From a virus (lineage: Duplodnaviria > Caudoviricetes), in IMG/VR virus record IMGVR_UViG_3300021425_002553, positions 1 to 60,661 of that record: a DNA stretch of 60,661 nt; one strand, 5' to 3'. This document shows, in pieces, positions 9,665-18,099 of this stretch. Position numbers and translations under genes: made by a program. Every line of letters begins with the position of its first letter. Position 1 is the stretch's first letter. Under the pieces are notes generated by a model, which had not been told where the DNA came from, searched no databases, and was given only the letters and a program-made list of their open reading frames with translations.

Positions 9665-11961
9665 GCAACGGATTGAAAGTTACTAAGAGAAACGGGTCGA
9701 TCGAAAAGCTGGACCTGGATAAGATGCACAAGATGGTTGATGAAGCAACCAAGGGTCTTGCTGGTGTGTCTGCAAGTCAGGTTGAGATGACTTCTGGTAT
9801 TCAGTTCTATGATGGTATTACTACTGAAGAGATCCAAGAAATCTTGATCAAGAGTGCCTCTGACCTGATTGATCTTGACCATCCGAACTACCAGTTCGTT
9901 GCTGCACGTCTTCTCCTGTTCTCGGTCCGTAAGCAACTGTTTGGTAAGATGCATGAACTACCATCCCTGGTAGAACACATTCAGAAACTTGCTTATGAGG
10001 GTGTGTATGACAAGGGAATCTTCACCAAGTATTCTCTGGAGGAGATTCAACAGGTTGAGAAGTACGTTGATCACCACCGTGATTACCTGTTTACCTATGC
10101 AGGATTACGGCAGGTTGTGGATAAATACCTAGTACAGGATAGAAGCAGTGGTACGGTCTACGAGACCCCGCAGTTCATGTACATCATGATTGCGTTGACT
10201 ATCTTCCAGGAGTACCCTAAAGAAACAAGACTGTCCTATGTCAAAAGATACTACGACGCAATCTCCAGACACCGAATCAACATTCCCACACCTATCATGG
10301 CGGGAGTGCGAACTCCACTTCGACAGTTTGCTAGCTGTGTTCTTGTTGATGTTGATGACTCCCTCGATAGTATCTTTTCTAGTGACATGGCGATTGGTCG
10401 GTATGTTGCTCAACGTGCAGGAATCGGTATCAACGCGGGTCGAATCCGTGGCATCAACAGCAAAATCCGAGGCGGTGAAGTTCAGCACACTGGCGTTGTT
10501 CCGTTTCTCAAAAAATTTGAATCGACTGTCAGATGTTGTACTCAAAACGGCATCCGCGGTGGATCAGCTACGGTTCACTTTCCAATCTGGCACAAAGAAA
10601 TAGAAGACATTATTGTTCTCAAGAACAACAAAGGAACAGAAGATAACAGGGTACGTAAACTTGACTATTCGATCCAGCTTTCAAAGATTTTCTACGAACG
10701 TTTCATTACGGATGGAGAGATTAGCCTGTTCTCACCGCATGACGTACCAGGTCTCTATGACGCTTTTGGTACTGATAGGTTCGATGATTTATATGTGGGG
10801 TTTGAACGAGATGAGTCTGTTCCAAGAAAAACTGTCGGGGCTCAAGAACTCATTCTGGACCTCCTGAAGGAGAGAGCAGAGACTGGTCGTATCTACATCA
10901 TGAACATCGACCATTGTAATAGTCACTCCTCCTTCAAGGACAAGGTGAATATGAGTAACCTGTGTCAGGAGATCACTCTTCCCACAGAACCCCTGAACCA
11001 CATCGACGAGGAGATGCCTGGTGAAATTGCGTTGTGTATTTTGTCTGCCGTTAACGTGGGTAAAATTAAGTCGGACGAAGAACTGGAGGATCTTTGTGAC
11101 CTTTCGGTTAGAGGTTTGGAAGAGTTGATTGACTACCAGGAGTATCCGATCAAGGTTGCTGAGGTGACTACAAAGGCCCGTAGATCCCTTGGAGTAGGGT
11201 TCATTGGTCTTGCACACTACCTTGCTAAGTTGGGTTATAATTACGATTCCCAGGAGGCCTGGGATGCAGTTCATGGTCTGTCAGAGTCCTTCCAGTATTA
11301 CCTTCTCAAGTCATCCAATGAAATTGCCAAAGAGAAGGGACACTGTGAATACTTTGGTAGAACTAAGTACGCTGATGGAATCCTTCCCATCGATACGTAT
11401 AAGACGGATGTTGATGAGATTACTACTCAGGAGCTTACACATGATTGGGAAGGTCTTAGAGCATCTATCACCACCCACGGACTACGGCACTCAACACTGT
11501 CTGCTCAGATGCCATCAGAGAGCAGTTCCGTTGTGTCAAACGCAACAAATGGAATTGAACCACCTAGAGACTATCTGTCCATTAAGAAGAGCAAGAAGGG
11601 CCCCCTTAAGCAGATTGTCCCGTCTTATCAAACGCTTAAGAATAACTATACTCTCCTCTGGGAGATGACAAGTAACCAGGGATATATTAATGTGGTGTCT
11701 GTCATGCAGAAGTTCTTTGACCAGGCCATTTCTGGTAACTGGAGTTACAATCCAGAGAACTATCCTGACAATGAGGTCCCAGTCTCACAAATGGCAAATG
11801 ACCTTTTGACTACATATAAGTATGGTTGGAAGACTTCTTATTACCAGAACACCTACGACATCAAGACGGATGAAGTAGTAGAAGAGAAGTCGGAACTTAA
11901 TAATCTGTTAGCAGAACTAGAACAATTAGAGGAGGGAGAGTGTGAATCCTGTGCAGTTTAA
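9661..11961 (+). CDS. nrdA: ribonucleotide reductase class Ia alpha subunit
   Basis: ATP cone, FASCVL, SNLCQEI, C-terminal CESC. Confidence 0.98.
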   Translation: MSNGLKVTKRNGSIEKLDLDKMHKMVDEATKGLAGVSASQVEMTSGIQFYDGITTEEIQEILIKSASDLIDLDHPNYQFVAARLLLFSVRKQLFGKMHELPSLVEHIQKLAYEGVYDKGIFTKYSLEEIQQVEKYVDHHRDYLFTYAGLRQVVDKYLVQDRSSGTVYETPQFMYIMIALTIFQEYPKETRLSYVKRYYDAISRHRINIPTPIMAGVRTPLRQFASCVLVDVDDSLDSIFSSDMAIGRYVAQRAGIGINAGRIRGINSKIRGGEVQHTGVVPFLKKFESTVRCCTQNGIRGGSATVHFPIWHKEIEDIIVLKNNKGTEDNRVRKLDYSIQLSKIFYERFITDGEISLFSPHDVPGLYDAFGTDRFDDLYVGFERDESVPRKTVGAQELILDLLKERAETGRIYIMNIDHCNSHSSFKDKVNMSNLCQEITLPTEPLNHIDEEMPGEIALCILSAVNVGKIKSDEELEDLCDLSVRGLEELIDYQEYPIKVAEVTTKARRSLGVGFIGLAHYLAKLGYNYDSQEAWDAVHGLSESFQYYLLKSSNEIAKEKGHCEYFGRTKYADGILPIDTYKTDVDEITTQELTHDWEGLRASITTHGLRHSTLSAQMPSESSSVVSNATNGIEPPRDYLSIKKSKKGPLKQIVPSYQTLKNNYTLLWEMTSNQGYINVVSVMQKFFDQAISGNWSYNPENYPDNEVPVSQMANDLLTTYKYGWKTSYYQNTYDIKTDEVVEEKSELNNLLAELEQLEEGECESCAV

Positions 11962-13135
11962 GGTTTCATCGGTGGACAATATTACGATGAATGATGTGAA
12001 AGGGATGACGGTATTCAATACCGAAGTCCATGATTCTAAAAAACAACCAATGTTTTTTGGTAAACCATTGGGAGTTCAAAGATACGATTCTTACAAGTAT
12101 CCAGTCTTTGAAAAATTAACAACACAACAACTAGGATATTTCTGGAGACCTGAGGAGGTCTCCCTTCAAAAAGATAGAGCAGATTATCAGTTACTCAGAC
12201 CAGAACAGAAACACATCTATACTTCTAACTTGAAGTATCAGATCATGTTGGATTCGATTCAGGGTAGAGGACCAGGGATGGCATTCATTCCTTACTGTTC
12301 CCTTCCTGAACTTGAAGCATGTATGGAAGTCTGGGGATTTATGGAGATGATCCATAGTCGTTCTTACACATACATCATCAAGAATATCTACCCTGACCCA
12401 TCAGATATTTTTGATCACATCATCACTGACGAGAGAATTCTTGAACGTGCCAAGAGTGTCACTGAGTCATACGACGACTTCATCAACAGTGCCCAGACAT
12501 GGGGTAATGGTAATATGTGGAAGGAAGACTTCCGTAATTCACCTTCATCCAAATGGGAAATCAAAGATGTCAAACGCAAACTGTTCAGAGCAGTCGCCAA
12601 CGTTAACATTCTTGAGGGTATTAGGTTCTACGTTAGTTTTGCTTGTAGTTTCGCCTTCGGTGAACTTAAGCTTATGGAAGGATCAGCTAAGATCATCTCT
12701 CTTATCGCAAGAGACGAGAACCAACACCTAGCAATCACTCAGAACATCCTGAACAAGTGGAGATCAGGTGATGATCCTGAGATGCAACAGATCATGAAAG
12801 AAGAGGAGGAGTGGTTGTATGCGATGTTTGATAAGGCTGTAAATGAAGAGAAGAGATGGGCAGACTATTTGTTCCAGAATGGTAGTATGATCGGTCTGAA
12901 TGACACACTTCTGAAGAAGTATGTTGAGTGGGTTGCCAATCGTAGAATGAAAGCAATTGGTCTCAAGCCTGTATACGATGTTGCTGCAAAGAACAACCCC
13001 CTTCCTTGGACACAACACTGGATCTCTTCTAAGGGTCTCCAGGTTGCTCCACAAGAGACAGAGGTTGAGTCTTATGTCGTCGGTGGTATCAAACAAGATG
13101 TCAAGAAGGACACATTCTCAGGATTCAAACTCTAA
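11942..13135 (+). CDS. nrdB: ribonucleotide reductase class Ia beta subunit
   Basis: FWRPEEV, EMIHSRSY, LEGIRFY, RDENQH, VAPQETE. Confidence 0.98.
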   Translation: MNPVQFKVSSVDNITMNDVKGMTVFNTEVHDSKKQPMFFGKPLGVQRYDSYKYPVFEKLTTQQLGYFWRPEEVSLQKDRADYQLLRPEQKHIYTSNLKYQIMLDSIQGRGPGMAFIPYCSLPELEACMEVWGFMEMIHSRSYTYIIKNIYPDPSDIFDHIITDERILERAKSVTESYDDFINSAQTWGNGNMWKEDFRNSPSSKWEIKDVKRKLFRAVANVNILEGIRFYVSFACSFAFGELKLMEGSAKIISLIARDENQHLAITQNILNKWRSGDDPEMQQIMKEEEEWLYAMFDKAVNEEKRWADYLFQNGSMIGLNDTLLKKYVEWVANRRMKAIGLKPVYDVAAKNNPLPWTQHWISSKGLQVAPQETEVESYVVGGIKQDVKKDTFSGFKL

Positions 13136-13251
13136 ACTAGAAAAAAAGATCCTCGCAAAAAAGTGTGACGATTTCATATTTGAAAATCGTAACTTTGACG
13201 GCACGGTCGAAGAAAGTCCGCTTAAATAGTAAGTAGTGACTTTCTTTAGTT

Positions 13252-13413
13252 ATGCCAAAAAATCAATTGGAAAAAGAAGAACTTAAAGTTTGTGTGATGA
13301 AATTAAAGCACCAGGTGGACATAGAGGGTGCTGATGTATGGCAGGGAGAGAGGGATCTAGCACATAAATATCTAAACAAGGTATTAGATATTATTGATGA
13401 GTACAGGTATTGA
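13252..13413 (+). CDS. hypothetical protein (53 aa), paralogue of 45085..45246
   Basis: MPKNQLEKEELKVCVMKLK...EYRY; not in ORF track. Confidence 0.75.
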   Translation: MPKNQLEKEELKVCVMKLKHQVDIEGADVWQGERDLAHKYLNKVLDIIDEYRY

Positions 13414-13510
13414 TTATGAAAATCCTTGGACTTACATGGAACGAACTTTTGATAGCAGTGATGTTCGGGACTACTTTGGCTTTGTTTATCTCATTACCAA
13501 TAAGTCATAA
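13397..13510 (+). pseudogene. 5' fragment of resident GIY-YIG endonuclease
   Basis: MSTGIDYENPWTY...YFGFVYLITNKS*, truncated immediately after the first GIY-YIG strand. Confidence 0.8.
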
Positions 13511-13532
13511 TAATCCAAAAACTATAATAGAA

Positions 13533-14237
13533 CTAATTAACAATAAAGATTAGTCCTTCCTTTAATTGTTTCTTATATTTTTGGTATCCTATTTTCTTTT
13601 CTTTTAAGTAAGATACAACACTTTCCCAAATATTTTCCCCATCACTCACTCTTACATTTTTTGATGTTGTGAGTGCTTTTTTATGCTCTTCAGTAAGTTT
13701 TTTTCCATACATAGGATTTCCTTCACCTTTATACAGTTTACTAAATTTCTCACGAACTTCTGGTTTATACATTGGATTGTATGATTTGTCTTTCATCTTC
13801 TCACTTCTCATATCACAGAACTTATCGTTTCTCATAACGACTTCATAAATTCCTGCTCTCTCACTCACAAAAAATCTTCCTTCAATATTCGTGTTATAAT
13901 AATCATCAGTCATTAGAACATCTCTTTTAAATTGTTCCATAGTTTCATAATAAGACATTGATTTTTTATGAGGACATATGTAGAGTATTTCTCTCAAAAA
14001 CTTATCTTCACCAAGAAGTTTTACATCTTCATTTAATTCATCGCAAGATCCAAAATATTTTTTCCAATCACTTTCTTTTGTTTTTCTTCTACCAGTCTTT
14101 TTATCTTTTCTCCTTGTCCAAAAAGATTTTTTGCCAATATATTTTCTACCATTTGTTAGGTTTGTTATGAGATAAACAAATCCCTCAATTCCTTTAGGAG
14201 TCTCTATGAATTCGTTTTCGTTATATCTCCAAGACAT
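13533..14237 (-). mobile_element. inserted GIY-YIG (Seg-like) homing endonuclease with NUMOD3-type C-terminus
   Basis: GFVYLITN...KYIGKK; GEGNPMYGKKLTEEHKK; AT-rich, opposite strand; ATG at 14237. Confidence 0.85.
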
Positions 14238-14282
14238 AAAAATACTTTCTACCATAAAAATATTTATAGTGAAAGTATTTTT
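14238..14282 (-). promoter_or_regulatory. start-sequestering hairpin with T4 late promoter in its loop
   Basis: 12-bp perfect inverted repeat AAAAATACTTTC (14238-14249)/GAAAGTATTTTT (14271-14282); minus-strand TATAAATA at 14261-14268. Confidence 0.75.
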
Positions 14283-14300
14283 GAGTATATAAATACTAAT

Positions 14301-14546
14301 GATTGGAAAAAGTACTATGGGTCTTGTCCAGAATTAAAGGAAGACTTTAAGACTGTCAACAATCCCGTATTTTTCAGGAGAGAAATATTATCTCTACATA
14401 GTACAAAGGGAAAGGTTAACTTTGAGGAGACTAGACAGTTGTTCCTCAACGAAGTACTGTCTCAGAAGTTGACAGATGAGACCCCTTTGTACTACAATTC
14501 CAACATCCTTGGACGGTACTACCGTAATGATTATTTTAACGTTTGA
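14301..14546 (+). pseudogene. 3' fragment of resident GIY-YIG endonuclease
   Basis: Open frame DWKKYYGSCPELKEDF...FRREIL...YYNSNILGRYY...*, no canonical start. Confidence 0.8.
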
Positions 14547-14551
14547 TTATT

Positions 14552-15145
14552 ATGAACAAGATTTTTAATACTATAGCTGCAACAATACTTGTCTCTGGAA
14601 CTGCATGTGTTGCATCTGTCTCAGGTGATTACATCAATGACACAAGTGTAAATGAAGAGATTGCAGTTCCTGTTGAAGAACCAATCGTCTGGGAGTGTCC
14701 TGATTGTACTCCTAATGAACAGTATGTTCTGAAACAACTTCAAGAACACACCCGTATCTCTGATAGAAATGCTCTCGCAACTATCATGGGTAATATCAAA
14801 TCCGAAAGTAATTTCGTTCCTAATATTTGTGAGGGTGGAGCACGAGTTAAATATAACGAGTGCCGTGTTGGTGGTTATGGTTTGATTCAATGGACTTCTA
14901 TAAATCGTTATAGGAATCTTGGTAAGTTCTGTGATAAGTTTGGTTGTGATCCTTCCTCCTTGGAGGGACAGACTCGTTACATGATTAATGAGAGTACCTT
15001 CCAACGTTATCTTCCTATGTTCGAAGGTTCTGGACAGACCGTATCTCAATACATGATCCCAGCATACAAGTGGTTGGGATGGGGTATAAAAGGATACCGT
15101 GAACAATATGCGTACGATTACACCAAGAAACTAGTTTTAACATGA
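14552..15145 (+). CDS. phage tail lysozyme-like cell wall hydrolase with signal peptide
   Basis: ALATIMGNIKSES and GYGLIQWT motifs. Confidence 0.75.
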   Translation: MNKIFNTIAATILVSGTACVASVSGDYINDTSVNEEIAVPVEEPIVWECPDCTPNEQYVLKQLQEHTRISDRNALATIMGNIKSESNFVPNICEGGARVKYNECRVGGYGLIQWTSINRYRNLGKFCDKFGCDPSSLEGQTRYMINESTFQRYLPMFEGSGQTVSQYMIPAYKWLGWGIKGYREQYAYDYTKKLVLT

Positions 15146-15582
15146 TCCCTAAAGTAGTCAAGGCAATCAAGAGTATCTTCGTTCCTCCTATCGAGTACAG
15201 GAACTTTGAGGACGATATTGAATGTGCGATCGATGAGACTATCGTCGAATGTGAAGAGATGGATAATGATTCATCTTATGTTGGAGTTCCTGCACCTGAA
15301 GTTCTTTCAAACGATCCCTGGTTTGGTGATCCAGTTCTCTCCGATGAGAGTCAGGATTATATGGAGAGAGAAGCACAGATCAAGCAACAAGAAGAAGAGT
15401 TTCGTCAGTATTGGACAAACGAACCTGAAGATATTCATCAAGTAATGTATAATATCGCAACTAAGAACGGAAAGACCACCGTTCAACTGGACCCCGTAGG
15501 TGGTTCAGAAACCTTCCAGGAGGGTCCAGGTGGTTGGATGTCTGGCACAGGGTATCAGGGTCAAGGGTTGACGGATCGTTGA
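15142..15582 (+). CDS. hypothetical acidic protein
   Basis: ATGA overlap, 146 aa. Confidence 0.7.
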   Translation: MIPKVVKAIKSIFVPPIEYRNFEDDIECAIDETIVECEEMDNDSSYVGVPAPEVLSNDPWFGDPVLSDESQDYMEREAQIKQQEEEFRQYWTNEPEDIHQVMYNIATKNGKTTVQLDPVGGSETFQEGPGGWMSGTGYQGQGLTDR

Positions 15583-15596
15583 TTACCTAGTATATT
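15568..15596 (+). promoter_or_regulatory. sigma70-type promoter for the tRNA operon
   Basis: TTGACG-N17-TATATT. Confidence 0.7.
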
Positions 15597-15600
15597 AAAG

Positions 15601-15668
15601 AGGTGGTTGAGAGACCACTGCTGTAACCCCCTTGGTAGTTCAGGGTTAGAGGCGATAGGAACTACCAC
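15601..15668 (+). ncRNA. candidate pseudoknotted RNA at the 5' end of the tRNA operon
   Basis: GTGGT/ACCAC hairpin; TGGTAGTTC/GAACTACCA stem whose loop GGGTTA complements upstream TAACCC. Confidence 0.45.
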
Positions 15669-15670
15669 AA

Positions 15671-15744
15671 GGGCAAGTAGTTCAGTGGATCAGAACAGCG
15701 CACTTCTAATGCGTTGGTCGGGGGTTCGAATCCCTCCTTGCCTG
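15671..15744 (+). tRNA. tRNA-Arg(TCT)
   Basis: Cloverleaf; anticodon arm GCGCA-CT TCT AA-TGCGT; GGTTCGAATCC. Confidence 0.93.
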
Positions 15745-15769
15745 TTGGTTCAATAGAACCATAAAACGA

Positions 15770-15841
15770 GCCAGTGTAGCTCAGGGGTAGAGCAGGATAC
15801 TTGTAATATTCAGGTCGGGCGTTCAAATCGTCTCACTGGCT
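15770..15841 (+). tRNA. tRNA-Thr(TGT)
   Basis: Acceptor GCCAGTG/CACTGGC; loop CT TGT AA. Confidence 0.9.
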
Positions 15842-15845
15842 CTAA

Positions 15846-15984
15846 GACGGGGAATGAGTTCGCCCGCGACGGTGCTAACCACACTGTGATCTAGAGAGTT
15901 GGTTACTTTCTTCTTGCTCCATTACAAACTGTCAGAATGTTGGGTTTGAATGCCCCATAGCAAGCATTCGGATAAGTGTAATGT
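15846..15984 (+). ncRNA. candidate structured RNA (kissing loop plus pseudoknot)
   Basis: Several stems; loops CTAACCA and TGGTTA are complementary; CATTACA/TGTAATG closing stem. Confidence 0.55.
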
Positions 15985-15986
15985 TC

Positions 15987-16059
15987 GGGGAATTAGCTCA
16001 GTTGGTAGAGCACCTGCTTTGCAAGCAGGCTGTCAGGAGTTCGAGTCTCCTATTCTCCA
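15987..16059 (+). tRNA. tRNA-Ala(TGC)
   Basis: GGGGAAT/ATTCTCC acceptor; CCTGC-TT TGC AA-GCAGG. Confidence 0.95.
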
Positions 16060-16090
16060 TTCCCGAAAGGGAAATTTAGTGTGTAGGTAA

Positions 16091-16672
16091 ATGATTGATT
16101 CTTTTTCTGATTTTATATACGTTGCTGACGGTGCTCTGGAACCAGAGTTCTGTAAGAATGTTATTGAAAAATTTGAGAAAGATGATAACAGACACCAAGG
16201 TATCATTGCAGGGGGAAGAGTTAACACTTCTATCAAAGATTCTCTTGATATAAACATATCAAGGTATCCTGATTGGAAGGAAGAAGATGAAGTCTTTTTC
16301 AAGTCCCTTAATACTCATCACCGATTGTATATGGATGGTAAGTGGTCTTCCACTCACAACCCAGGCTTAGGTGATTTTACTGATTCTGGATATCAGATAC
16401 AGAGAACTCGTCCTGGCGCTGGATATATTTGGCACCATGATGCAATGTTTGGTGAAACTATTGGTGACCGAGGTGTGAGGTGTACCACTTACATATGGTA
16501 TCTTAATGATATCGATGAAGATGGATATACTGAGTTTATCGATGGTACTAAAGTTCAACCAAAGACTGGAAGGATTTGTATCTTCCCAGCAACTTGGACT
16601 TACATGCACCGTGGATATCCACCAAAGAATCAAACTAAGTATCTTGTAACTGGTTGGATGCACTCTAAATAA
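16091..16672 (+). CDS. 2OG-Fe(II) oxygenase (prolyl-4-hydroxylase-like)
   Basis: WHHD...YLND...YMHRG...KY motif set. Confidence 0.9.
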   Translation: MIDSFSDFIYVADGALEPEFCKNVIEKFEKDDNRHQGIIAGGRVNTSIKDSLDINISRYPDWKEEDEVFFKSLNTHHRLYMDGKWSSTHNPGLGDFTDSGYQIQRTRPGAGYIWHHDAMFGETIGDRGVRCTTYIWYLNDIDEDGYTEFIDGTKVQPKTGRICIFPATWTYMHRGYPPKNQTKYLVTGWMHSK

Positions 16673-16681
16673 AAAACTCGA

Positions 16682-16753
16682 TGGCGTGTAGCTCAACGGC
16701 AGAGCAGGGAGCTGTTAACTCTCTGGTTGCTGGTTCGAATCCAGCCACGCCAG
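16682..16753 (+). tRNA. tRNA-Asn(GTT)
   Basis: TGGCGTG/CACGCCA; GGGAG-CT GTT AA-CTCTC. Confidence 0.93.
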
Positions 16754-16756
16754 CTC

Positions 16757-16828
16757 GCAAGAATAGCTCAGCGGTAGAGCATCTCGTTTACACCGAGGCG
16801 GTCGGGGGTTCGATCCCCTCTTCTTGCA
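16757..16828 (+). tRNA. tRNA-Val(TAC)
   Basis: GCAAGAA/TTCTTGC; loop TT TAC AC. Confidence 0.93.
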
Positions 16829-16851
16829 TGTCTCAATTGCGCACATGAACC

Positions 16852-17100
16852 ATGATTACCGTAAGATGCAAACAGTGTAACAAGGAAATCAGAAGTGACC
16901 ACCACACTCATTGTTGTGGTTGTCCAAACATGATGACAGTAATTGAAGACAAAGTGACAGCCGTTGACCTTTCTAAGGTCGTTATGGTACAATCACAGAA
17001 GGAAACTAAACCAAAAAGTTACCTATCACAATCTGATCTCTCCTTTCAAGAAGAGAGGAGAAAACGTAAGGTCAGAAAATTGGACTTTGATGTTCGTTAA
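16852..17100 (+). CDS. small Cys-rich (Zn-ribbon-like) hypothetical protein
   Basis: CKQC...CCGCPN. Confidence 0.75.
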   Translation: MITVRCKQCNKEIRSDHHTHCCGCPNMMTVIEDKVTAVDLSKVVMVQSQKETKPKSYLSQSDLSFQEERRKRKVRKLDFDVR

Positions 17101-17286
17101 ATGTCACATCGATTCGATGAAATCAAACCTGATCACTACATCACCGAACGTCAGTGTCAGGAGATGATTGATAAGGCAATCGATAAACACAACAAAACTG
17201 CAACCATCATTAGTGCTTGTATAGGAACAGTTCTTCTGTTCTTCTATGCTCAAGGTCTGTTGATTGTGTTGGGGGTTTGGAAATAA
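17101..17286 (+). CDS. small membrane protein
   Basis: C-terminal hydrophobic helix. Confidence 0.7.
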   Translation: MSHRFDEIKPDHYITERQCQEMIDKAIDKHNKTATIISACIGTVLLFFYAQGLLIVLGVWK

Positions 17287-17374
17287 GGAAGATTGGCAGA
17301 GTGGTTGATCGCGTTGGTCTTGAAAACCAATAAGGGTAACACCTTCCAGGGTTCGAATCCCTGATCTTCCGCCA
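17287..17374 (+). tRNA. tRNA-Ser(TGA), CCA encoded
   Basis: Long variable arm; TTGGT-CT TGA AA-ACCAA; ends GCCA. Confidence 0.95.
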
Positions 17375-17448
17375 CGAGAAGTAGCTCAGTTTGGTAGAGC
17401 TCTCGCTTTGGGAGCGAGTGGCCGCAGGTTCGAATCCTGTCTTCTCGA
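17375..17448 (+). tRNA. tRNA-Pro(TGG)
   Basis: CGAGAAG/CTTCTCG; CTCGC-TT TGG GA-GCGAG. Confidence 0.95.
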
Positions 17449-17488
17449 TCGGGTCATCCCCAATAAATAAATCAACCACAAGAAACTG

Positions 17489-17659
17489 ATGGAAGTATTC
17501 TCGGTAGAAGAGTTTCAAGAGAACTGGGACGAGCTTATACAAAGGGTAGAGAACGGGGAAATATTTGGTATAGTAAACGAAAACGGTAACGCGGCAGTGA
17601 TGATGTCCACTGACGATGACCTTTATAAAATGTATACCGACCACAACGAAGCCTCCTAA
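17489..17659 (+). CDS. small protein, Phd/YefM antitoxin-like N-terminus (56 aa)
   Basis: MEVFSVEEFQENWDELIQRVENGEIFGIVNENGNAAVMMS resembles the Phd/YefM pattern; not in ORF track. Confidence 0.5.
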   Translation: MEVFSVEEFQENWDELIQRVENGEIFGIVNENGNAAVMMSTDDDLYKMYTDHNEAS

Positions 17660-17731
17660 GAGACTGTCGCATATTGGTTAATGCTCGCTCCTTATAAGGG
17701 CGCAAACTGGGTTCAATTCCCGACAGTCCCA
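17660..17731 (+). tRNA. tRNA-Ile(TAT)
   Basis: CGCTC-CT TAT AA-GGGCG; single mismatches in acceptor and T stems. Confidence 0.8.
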
Positions 17732-17735
17732 CTAA

Positions 17736-17808
17736 GCTGGTTTAGCAATCTGGTGAATGCTCCGAACTCATAATTCGGCTGAGACGTGTTCGATCCACGT
17801 AACCAGCA
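17736..17808 (+). tRNA. tRNA-Met(CAT)
   Basis: GCTGGTT/AACCAGC; CCGAA-CT CAT AA-TTCGG; could alternatively be a lysidine Ile2. Confidence 0.85.
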
Positions 17809-17832
17809 TTGGACAGTTTAATTACTGTCCTC

Positions 17833-17861
17833 TTGACTCAAACAGTCAAAACCCTTATACT
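17833..17861 (+). promoter_or_regulatory. sigma70-type promoter preceded by palindrome GGACAGT-N6-ACTGTCC
   Basis: TTGACT-N17-TATACT. Confidence 0.7.
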
Positions 17862-17883
17862 ACTAAGGTCAACACGCAAGACA

Positions 17884-18099
17884 ATGACAATCACTTCTAA
17901 GTTCAAAAAAGACATCACGACTCTTCGTTCCGCAGTGAATGGAGACTTCTACCTTGACGTAAAGAATCCGAAACTTTTCAAAAAGGTCCGCAAGTTTTAT
18001 GAGAACGACGGTGTAACTTTTTCTGGTGACCCTCTGGACGACTACGATATCCTCATCGATTGTCTGGCAGAAGATCTGGAACTCCAAGAGGTGGAGTGA
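17884..18099 (+). CDS. hypothetical protein
   Basis: MTITSKFKKDI... Confidence 0.75.
   Translation: MTITSKFKKDITTLRSAVNGDFYLDVKNPKLFKKVRKFYENDGVTFSGDPLDDYDILIDCLAEDLELQEVE

Noticed and set aside
9661-13135. Introns or inteins in nrdA/nrdB
   Set aside because: Both frames are continuous with normal lengths and show no splice or intein motifs
16033-17732. Minus-strand ORFs across the tRNA cluster
   Set aside because: They are antisense shadows of tRNAs and + strand genes
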